Shown: positions 36,335 through 43,539 of the stretch, in pieces
Layout: every line of letters begins with the position of its first letter
Position numbering within the stretch: position 1 is the first letter of the stretch
Assembly (NCBI GenBank): GCA_052034405.1
Contig: JBPOIO010000023.1
Span: 15,340-79,339 of the forward strand
Source of the DNA: Candidatus Magasanikiibacteriota bacterium
GTDB lineage: Bacteria > Patescibacteriota > Patescibacteriia > Magasanikbacterales > UBA922
Reading direction: 5' to 3'
Length of the DNA stretch: 64,000 nucleotides
The notes under the pieces: generated by a model
What the model was told of the DNA's origin: nothing
The model's database searches: none
The model's input: only the letters and a program-made list of their open reading frames with translations
Made by a program: the position numbers and the translations under genes

Positions 36335-37465
36335 ATGCCTATTTCAGCAGAATCTATCTCTCTTCTTCGAGAAGCCATTTTATTTGGTCTTGTTTCTTGT
36401 TTTTCAGCATTTCTATGGGCACCAGCACTCACCAAGATCCTCTACAAATACAAAATCGTCCGCAACAACCCCTACGACCCAACCCTCGCTATGGAAGGAC
36501 GCAAAGACAAATCTGGCATCCCTATTATGGGAGGCCTTTTGATTATCATCACCGTTGCAGTCATTACTATGCTCTTCAACTGGGAGCGCAAATTTACTTG
36601 GGTACCAATCTCGGTCATGCTCCTCGCGGCACTGCTCGGTGGCGTTGACGACGTACTCAATATCTATGGTGAAAAACGCCGCAATCGTGACCTCAAACAT
36701 ACCCTGCGTCTCATCCGCATTCACAAAAATATTTTTACCCGCATCTGGCTGACTCTCACACTGCCATGGGCCCTGTTCAAACGCACTTCCCTTTGGCTGG
36801 GTTCACATCCTGGCAAAGGTATGCAGGTTCATGAACGACTACTCCTCCAATTTGTCGCAGGCGCTATCACAGCATGGTGGGTCTACTTCAAGCTTGGTGA
36901 ACACTGGAGAGAAATTCATATTCCATTTGATGGCTTTCTCAATATTGGCTGGTGGATTATTCCGCTCATCATTTTCTTTGTCATGTTTACCGCCAATGCA
37001 GTGAACATCGCAGATGGTATGGATGGTCTTGCAGGAGGATCTCTGATCACCACTTTTTCTGCTCTCACAATTCTTTCTTGGATTGCAGGGTACCACGAGA
37101 TTACACTGCTCAATGCTACGGTTGTTGGGGCACTTATTACCTATACCTATTTCAATATCAAACCAGCGCGTTTTCAAATGGGCGACGTTGGCTCACTTGG
37201 CATGGGCGCACTGCTTGCGATCAATGCTATTGTGATAAATCACATGCTCCTCTTGCCGCTTCTTGGTTTTATTTTTTATGTAGAAATTTTGAGCGTGATA
37301 GTCCAAATCTTTGGCCGCACTTTTCTCGGGAAGCGTATTTTCAAAATGGCGCCACTCCACCACCACTTTGAACTCATGGGTTGGGGCGAAGAAAAAACTG
37401 TCATGCGTTTTTGGATTATTCATGCAGCGTTTGTACTGCTTGGTATTTGGGTTGCCTTGTACTAA
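36335..37465 (+). CDS. mraY: Phospho-MurNAc-pentapeptide translocase MraY with an enlarged cytoplasmic loop
   Basis: K.G.P.MGG, GGVDD, NAVNIADGMDGLA, MGDVGS, MAPLHHHFE. Confidence 0.92.
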   Translation: MPISAESISLLREAILFGLVSCFSAFLWAPALTKILYKYKIVRNNPYDPTLAMEGRKDKSGIPIMGGLLIIITVAVITMLFNWERKFTWVPISVMLLAALLGGVDDVLNIYGEKRRNRDLKHTLRLIRIHKNIFTRIWLTLTLPWALFKRTSLWLGSHPGKGMQVHERLLLQFVAGAITAWWVYFKLGEHWREIHIPFDGFLNIGWWIIPLIIFFVMFTANAVNIADGMDGLAGGSLITTFSALTILSWIAGYHEITLLNATVVGALITYTYFNIKPARFQMGDVGSLGMGALLAINAIVINHMLLLPLLGFIFYVEILSVIVQIFGRTFLGKRIFKMAPLHHHFELMGWGEEKTVMRFWIIHAAFVLLGIWVALY

Positions 37466-37476
37466 ACAAAAATAGT

Positions 37477-38178
37477 ATGAAAGAATATCTGAAATGGGAT
37501 GAACAAATAATTACAGACTTCTCAGACGAAAACATCAATAACCTTTATGACAAAGGTTATGTTTTTACTCGAAAAGAAAAAGGCCTGATGCATCAAACCC
37601 GCAGTGTCCGAATAAATCTCTCCAAATTTGACCTCAGTAGCGAAAATCGCCGCATTTTGCGAAAAACCGAAAATATTCAAATGGGCATCATCCCACTTCC
37701 CTTTCCAGATTATCATTGGAGTATTGGTAAACTTGCCAAAGATTTTTATGATACAAAATTTGGTGACGGGACATTTAGTGCAAACAAAGTCAAAGAATTG
37801 TTGACTGACAGAAATAAAAGCAACTTTACTTCGCTTTTTGTTTATTTTTCTGTAGCAATTCCAAAAGACCCAACAGCACCTATTGCAGTTGATCCTGAAA
37901 ATATTTTTGGATATTGCATTGCCATTGAAACAAACAAGATTCTCCATTATTCTTATCCTTTTTATGATCTTGAAACCGCTCCAAAAGACATGGGAATGGG
38001 TATGATGACCCGTGCCATTCAATCTGCCAAAGCAAGTGACAAAAAATATATCTACCTTGGTAGTGCACAGCGCCCAAACGATACCTACAAATTTCAATTT
38101 GAAGGTATTGAGTGGTTTGATGGTGAAAAGTGGCAGACTGATTTTGAAGAGTTGAAAAGTATTTTACAAAAAATATGA
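37477..38178 (+). CDS. ATE/Bpt-like aminoacyl-tRNA-dependent transferase (GNAT-like fold)
   Basis: RINLSKFDLSSENRRILRK and YPFYD......MG......I..AK.....YIYLG match ATE_N/ATE_C patterns. Confidence 0.7.
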   Translation: MKEYLKWDEQIITDFSDENINNLYDKGYVFTRKEKGLMHQTRSVRINLSKFDLSSENRRILRKTENIQMGIIPLPFPDYHWSIGKLAKDFYDTKFGDGTFSANKVKELLTDRNKSNFTSLFVYFSVAIPKDPTAPIAVDPENIFGYCIAIETNKILHYSYPFYDLETAPKDMGMGMMTRAIQSAKASDKKYIYLGSAQRPNDTYKFQFEGIEWFDGEKWQTDFEELKSILQKI

Positions 38179-38618
38179 AGGAAAAAGAATACCTTACAAA
38201 AGAAATAATAATCCAAAATATTTTGGCAAAATCTTCGTATTTTCCCCAAAATAAAGAAAAAAAAGAAAATTATCCTGAAAAAGGTTACATTTTATTTGAG
38301 TATGGCACAAAAGTATTAGAATTAGGTTATGAATTCGACTCAAATGGTATTGTCGCTGTCACTTTTATAAAATCCAAAAATGATGAAAATGAACATAAAC
38401 CAGAAGAAACAACCCTTCTATATGAGGCAGCAAAACAGACTATGCAAAAACTATCAAACAATTTTAAAAGACTCCTTCATTATCAAATGATAACCGCTGA
38501 CAAAAAAATGCTTGCGTGGGCACAAACGACAGGGAGAAACTTATTTCATTGGGAAAGTGAAGAACACACAGAAACGGAAGCCCAAAGGTTTTCTGTTACC
38601 ATTTATCCAAATTTATAA
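38175..38618 (+). CDS. Hypothetical protein, paralog of 38660..39079
   Basis: Shared TT.LY.AAK..Q.......L.Y...T......WAQ..G...F.W motif. Confidence 0.7.
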   Translation: MKEKEYLTKEIIIQNILAKSSYFPQNKEKKENYPEKGYILFEYGTKVLELGYEFDSNGIVAVTFIKSKNDENEHKPEETTLLYEAAKQTMQKLSNNFKRLLHYQMITADKKMLAWAQTTGRNLFHWESEEHTETEAQRFSVTIYPNL

Positions 38619-38659
38619 AATACTTTTTTCTTTTCCAAACATAAACAAAATTTACCTTT

Positions 38660-39079
38660 ATGAATTCAGAAAACGAAAGATACACCTCCATTTCTCAAAA
38701 TATTCTTGCAGAGGTAAAAGAAAAAAAACAACACAATACAGAATACATCCTTAAATTTGGGGGAAGACGTCTTACTCTTTTGATCATAGAAAGTCAAAAA
38801 GAGATTATGGACTATCTTGAAAATACCAGCGATACTCCAGAAATAGGCTCTACTACAGAACTCTACAAGGCAGCAAAAATTTTACTCCAAAGAGTCGTCA
38901 ACACAAGACGAGAAAGCCTCAAATATGTTATGAGAACCAAAAGTTCTTCAATCCGTGAGTGGGCCCAAAGTCAAGGAAATGAAATTTTTGACTGGGATAG
39001 TATGGAAATAGACGAGCGTCGAGGTGCTGACTCTCTTTTTTACAAAACATTTAGCCCTGAAAATAACGACACTGTATGA
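38660..39079 (+). CDS. Hypothetical protein, paralog of 38175..38618
   Basis: Same shared motif. Confidence 0.7.
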   Translation: MNSENERYTSISQNILAEVKEKKQHNTEYILKFGGRRLTLLIIESQKEIMDYLENTSDTPEIGSTTELYKAAKILLQRVVNTRRESLKYVMRTKSSSIREWAQSQGNEIFDWDSMEIDERRGADSLFYKTFSPENNDTV

Positions 39080-40464
39080 AACACATTCACTTCATCGGCA
39101 TTTGCGGAGTCGCCATGAGCGCACTTGCCATTGCTTTCAGCAAAAAAGGCTATACCGTCACTGGAAGTGATGCGGGTTTTTATCCTCCGGTTTCCACCAA
39201 TCTTCTCGCACACAAAATTCCTTTTTATCCTGGCTGGCATGTAGACAAAATGACCAAAAACGGTGTCCCAGATCTTGTCATAGTTGGAAATGTTGCTAGT
39301 TCAAGCAACCCAGAATGGCTCTATGTTCAAGAACAAAAAATCCCCTACCTCTCATATCCAGAAGCAATCGCCGAATATTTTCTTGGAAAAAATTCTATTG
39401 TCTGCGCTGGAACCTATGGCAAAACTACCAGTTCAACTTTGCTTGCTTGGATCCTGCGCAATGCCAAGTTTGACCCAAGCTATATGTTTGGTGGCGTGCC
39501 TGTCAACGAATTTGATTCTGCGTCAATATCTGATGCCCGTGAATATAGCGTGCTTGAAGGAGACGAATACAAAACTTCAGGCTGGGACAATCGTCCAAAA
39601 TTTGCACTCTATGCGCCAACACATTTGCTTCTCACCAGTGTGAGCTGGGATCATGCGGATGTGTATCCAACAGAGCAAAGTTATTTTGATGCATTCAAAA
39701 CACTGGTTGCGACTATCCCAAAAACAGGCCTGCTTGTTGCATGTACCGAAGGAAAAAACATAGATCTTGTTTTGCCTTCTTGCAAATCACAAATTGTTTT
39801 TTATGGCAAAGCCAAACATGCAGACTACATGTATCGCGACGTACAACAAACCGAAAAAGGCCTCTACTTTGATATCCTCAACAAAAAAGAAGTCTACCAT
39901 ATAAAAACTTCAATTCTTGGTGAATACAATGTTGAAAATATGGTTGGATGTTTTGCCATGGCCCGTGAAATTGGCATTGATGCAAAAACAATTCTCGAGA
40001 GTTTTGCATCTTTTCGTGGTATCAAACGCCGTCTTGAAAAACGCCTCACTGGACCAATCACGGTGATCGACGATATTGCACATTCCCCTGCCAAAGCGGC
40101 GTCACTTCTCGAAACTCTTCGCAAAACATACAAAGGAAAAATCATTGCTGTTTTTGAACCAAATACTGGGAACCGTCAACAAGAAGCAATTCCACAATAC
40201 GATCAGGCTTTCAAATACGCCGATACCGTCGTTATTCCACGCCTCACCAAGCTCAAAATCGATCCAAATGATACAGAAAGCCCCCTTGAAGGACAGGATT
40301 TACGAGATGTGATTCATACAACACATAAAGATGTTGAATATATTGAACAAGACGAAACCCTCGTCAAATATCTTATCCAAAATAGCAAAAAAGGCGATGT
40401 TATTGCCTTTCTTGGTTCACATGGATTTCGTGGTATGATTGAAGAAACTATAAAACAACTTTAA
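39076..40464 (+). CDS. mpl: Mpl/MurC-family UDP-MurNAc peptide ligase (Mpl-like)
   Basis: HIHFIGICG..M, GTYGKTT, EGDEY, DHAD.Y, DD.AH.P, VFEP, GF.G. Confidence 0.75.
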   Translation: MKHIHFIGICGVAMSALAIAFSKKGYTVTGSDAGFYPPVSTNLLAHKIPFYPGWHVDKMTKNGVPDLVIVGNVASSSNPEWLYVQEQKIPYLSYPEAIAEYFLGKNSIVCAGTYGKTTSSTLLAWILRNAKFDPSYMFGGVPVNEFDSASISDAREYSVLEGDEYKTSGWDNRPKFALYAPTHLLLTSVSWDHADVYPTEQSYFDAFKTLVATIPKTGLLVACTEGKNIDLVLPSCKSQIVFYGKAKHADYMYRDVQQTEKGLYFDILNKKEVYHIKTSILGEYNVENMVGCFAMAREIGIDAKTILESFASFRGIKRRLEKRLTGPITVIDDIAHSPAKAASLLETLRKTYKGKIIAVFEPNTGNRQQEAIPQYDQAFKYADTVVIPRLTKLKIDPNDTESPLEGQDLRDVIHTTHKDVEYIEQDETLVKYLIQNSKKGDVIAFLGSHGFRGMIEETIKQL

Positions 40465-40468
40465 CTCT

Positions 40469-41107
40469 ATGCTTAATATTCCACCAGGTCTTGCCCTTGA
40501 TATTGATGATACACTTTGTCACACACTTATACATCTTTTAGATCAGCTTCAAAAAAACTTTGGCAGTCCAGAAAATCTCACAGCAGCAGAACTTGTAAAC
40601 AAATATTCACATACTTCAAAAATCCCTTACTGGAATGAACCAGAACATCACACATGGAAACTCGCACTCCTTGAAACAGATGAACTCTACGAAAATTTAG
40701 ATATTATTGAAAATGCAAATTATATCATACAAAAAATTGAAGCAGTAATACCAATATCTTGTTATATTACTGCACGACCAGAAGGTACAACAGCAGTAAG
40801 TAAACGCTGGCTCAAAAAATATAACTTTCCTGAACGAGAAGTCATTAGTAAACCAAACTCAGTAGCATACGAAGACGGCAACAAATGGAAAGCCCAACTC
40901 CTCACACAATACCATCCTCAATTGCTCGGGATTGTAGACGATAATCCTGGAATAATTTCAGCGCTTCCCGAAAATTACAAAGGGACTGTATTTTTGTACA
41001 GTCACCTTGAATACACAGGTCCAACACCAATCAACGTCATCCCCTGCAAAGATTGGGATACTGTCTACAACAAAATTATTTCCCTTCGTCCACAATCTCA
41101 GCCATAA
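40469..41107 (+). CDS. HAD-superfamily phosphatase (5'(3')-nucleotidase-like)
   Basis: DIDDT, ITAR, K, VDDNP. Confidence 0.8.
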   Translation: MLNIPPGLALDIDDTLCHTLIHLLDQLQKNFGSPENLTAAELVNKYSHTSKIPYWNEPEHHTWKLALLETDELYENLDIIENANYIIQKIEAVIPISCYITARPEGTTAVSKRWLKKYNFPEREVISKPNSVAYEDGNKWKAQLLTQYHPQLLGIVDDNPGIISALPENYKGTVFLYSHLEYTGPTPINVIPCKDWDTVYNKIISLRPQSQP

Positions 41108-41240
41108 CCTCATCTCCATCAATTTTTTCGATAATAAGAGAAATTCCACACATTCCACATTCAACGATCTGACCAACCGTAAGTTCTGCGTAAGAACTCA
41201 AATCAACTGGATTTTTGCATTCAGGACAAATAAGATGCAT
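41076..41240 (-). CDS. 54-aa LysW-like zinc-ribbon protein (MHLICPECKNPVDLSSYAELTVGQIVECGMCGISLIIEKIDGDEVMAEIVDEGK); not in ORF track
   Basis: CPEC...G.IV.C..CG..L.I...D plus acidic tail as in LysW; TTGAAA-17-TATAAT promoter upstream. Confidence 0.8.
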   Translation of the reverse strand: MHLICPECKNPVDLSSYAELTVGQIVECGMCGISLIIEKIDGDEVMAEIVDEGK

Positions 41241-41242
41241 AC

Positions 41243-41295
41243 TTGATTTTTAAAAGTAATAACAGTATTATATCAAGATATTACTGTATTTTCAA
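41243..41295. promoter_or_regulatory. Bidirectional promoter with overlapping -10 elements (LysW-like gene / PLP enzyme)
   Basis: Plus strand: TTGATT-17-TATTAT. Minus strand: TTGAAA-17-TATAAT. Overlapped by the inverted repeat ACAGTA..TACTGT. Confidence 0.7.
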
Positions 41296-41298
41296 GCT

Positions 41299-42180
41299 AT
41301 GAAAACACCACAAAAACCCTACGGAGAATTGGCAAAAAAAATGGGCCTCACTGAGCTCTGGTTCAAACGTGAAGACCTGCACCCATATGGCTCCCACAAA
41401 GGTCGATCGATTCCACAGATGATCAAAGAATACGCCAAACTTGGAAGCACGCAATTTGTGATTTCTTCTTCTGGAAACGCAGCGCTCGCGGCTATTATTG
41501 CTGTCCAAAAACACAATCAAAATAACCCAACACATGTGAATCTTACTGTGTACGTTGGACAACACATTGATGCAGAAAAATTGACCCGTCTCAAAAAAGA
41601 AATTACAGATACTTCTATTACAATCGAACAAGTTGAAAATCCAAAACAAATGGCTTTTCAAAAAGATAAAAGTGCAGAAGCCAAGAATCTTCGCCAATCC
41701 ACTGATGACCTCGCCCTTCGCGGATATGCCGAACTCGCAGACGACCTCTCCAAAATTCCAAATCTCGAGGCAGTTTTTATCCCTACTTCTTCTGGTACCA
41801 CTGCCCAAGCACTTGGCGAGGCATTCCAAAAAATGAATCTTCCTATTCAAATACACATTGTGCAAACTACAACAACCCACCCAATCGCAGAAGCATTCGA
41901 TACAACATTTACTCACAGCGACGAAACATCTCTCGCTGGCGCGATCGTTGACAAGATTGCTCACAGAAAAGACAAAGTTGTGGAAGCAATAAAAAACACC
42001 CATGGTTCTGGGTGGGTTATAACAAATACTGAAATTGAAAACGCAATGAATTTGGTCAAAGAAAATACTGATTTTACACTTTCATCAAACAGCGCACTGT
42101 CTCTCGCAGGCCTTCTCAAAGCGCAAAAAAATGACTGGAAATGGACCGGTCCGGTCGCCTGCCTAATTACTGGTAGATAA
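41299..42180 (+). CDS. Fold-type II PLP enzyme (threonine synthase/dehydratase/Cys-synthase-like)
   Basis: FKREDLHPYGSHKGR (PLP Lys), SSSGNAA, PTSSGTT, LITG. Confidence 0.85.
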   Translation: MKTPQKPYGELAKKMGLTELWFKREDLHPYGSHKGRSIPQMIKEYAKLGSTQFVISSSGNAALAAIIAVQKHNQNNPTHVNLTVYVGQHIDAEKLTRLKKEITDTSITIEQVENPKQMAFQKDKSAEAKNLRQSTDDLALRGYAELADDLSKIPNLEAVFIPTSSGTTAQALGEAFQKMNLPIQIHIVQTTTTHPIAEAFDTTFTHSDETSLAGAIVDKIAHRKDKVVEAIKNTHGSGWVITNTEIENAMNLVKENTDFTLSSNSALSLAGLLKAQKNDWKWTGPVACLITGR

Positions 42181-42600
42181 TTTATTTCGCACCAACTCAA
42201 TAATTTCATTTTGCTCCTCGTAGGGCGTTGTCACTTCTTCGTCAAACAAGTCAAACCATTTTCCTCTGTGCACCTTGTCTGACGGGATTAAATGCATTTC
42301 CACCTGCACAGTCTCAAACAAAAAATAATGAATAACCTTATATTCAGAACGCAACATACTCATGCGTTCTTTTTTCCCAAGATATTCAACTAATTTCAAT
42401 TCAGCGATACCCACCTCTTCTTCAATTTCTCTTCGGGCAGCAGCTTCGAAGTCCTCGCCTTCTTCTACATGGCCCTTTGGCAAAAACCAAGCGCCATCCA
42501 TATATTTTTCTTGCTGCTCCATCGCAATCATATAGCGATCGCCTTCTTTACGAAGCACCACCCCGCCAGCAGAGACTCGTGTAGGAATTTCTTCTGTCAT
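42163..42600 (-). CDS. NUDIX hydrolase (Ap4A-hydrolase-like)
   Basis: SAGGVV, W.LPKGHVEEGE...AA.REI.EEVG. Confidence 0.88.
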   Translation of the reverse strand: MTEEIPTRVSAGGVVLRKEGDRYMIAMEQQEKYMDGAWFLPKGHVEEGEDFEAAARREIEEEVGIAELKLVEYLGKKERMSMLRSEYKVIHYFLFETVQVEMHLIPSDKVHRGKWFDLFDEEVTTPYEEQNEIIELVRNKLSTSN

Positions 42601-42610
42601 AATAATATAT

Positions 42611-42844
42611 TTACTTTCTCTTCATATCACCAAGAACATCCCGCAGCGACACAATCGCCCAAACCCCATTCAAAACCAAAAATGGATAACTGCGCAGCAA
42701 CACAGCATATACTATCAAGAGTGCACTCCCAATCAAATTCAGTACATCATATTTCAAATCCGTATCTTTCCAGCGATGTGTTTGCTCCAAAATAAATGCG
42801 ATCAAAATAAGTGCAGCCCCACTTGCCCCAATAAAAGTCGTCAT
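42611..42844 (-). CDS. Small 3-TM protein (CBU_0592-like)
   Basis: G..LILIAF, Y..LNLIGS..L..YA......PF..LN.VW. Confidence 0.75.
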   Translation of the reverse strand: MTTFIGASGAALILIAFILEQTHRWKDTDLKYDVLNLIGSALLIVYAVLLRSYPFLVLNGVWAIVSLRDVLGDMKRK

Positions 42845-43539
42845 AGATGTGCGATAGTAATAATATTTTCTCCATTCGCTTTATCCGAGCGATTTTCTTT
42901 TTTTGTATAATACTGTTCGTCCACTACAAATCCAGCACCTGTAAACAAAGAATCCAGCTCTTCCAGAGTAAATCCATGATAATAGCGCTCACCCAAAATA
43001 GAACCTTCTGCATCTCTCCATGGCACCAAAAAATCTCCATTTCCAAGGTCCTGATATTTTCCGAGTCGTACTTGCTTCAATCCCCATTCTCCAAACAAAT
43101 TCCAATTGGATAAAATTACTTTTCCATCAGGCTTCAAAACTCGTTTCATTTCTTCGAGGGCTTTATTTTGAAAATCCAGTCCAGGAATATGCTGCAGTGC
43201 AGCGATACAAAAAATCACATCCACACTTTTATCTTCCAAAGGAATGGCCGTCATAGTTCCTTGTATAAAAGTCCCCTCACGAAACTGTTTTCGGGCCAAA
43301 ACCAATAATTCTTCACTTTGGTCTACCCCAATATAGGATATTGGCAAATCCGTAAATATCTGGTATAATCGTCCATTACCACAGCCAAGGTCAAGTACCA
43401 CGTCATTTTCTTTGACAAAAGCATGAAAAGGCTTGAGCTCTTGCCACACATACTGACGAGTATCGGAAAAGTGTTTGGCTATGGTATTATATACCTGTAA
43501 ATTTTGTTCAATAAGTTGGCCCGCAACAAGTTTATCCAT
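42841..43539 (-). CDS. Class I SAM methyltransferase, Trm9/ALKBH8-like
   Basis: VYNTIAKHFSDTR...W, LDLGCGNGR, IAALQHI, FLVPW, RYYH.F..EEL. Confidence 0.8.
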   Translation of the reverse strand: MDKLVAGQLIEQNLQVYNTIAKHFSDTRQYVWQELKPFHAFVKENDVVLDLGCGNGRLYQIFTDLPISYIGVDQSEELLVLARKQFREGTFIQGTMTAIPLEDKSVDVIFCIAALQHIPGLDFQNKALEEMKRVLKPDGKVILSNWNLFGEWGLKQVRLGKYQDLGNGDFLVPWRDAEGSILGERYYHGFTLEELDSLFTGAGFVVDEQYYTKKENRSDKANGENIITIAHL

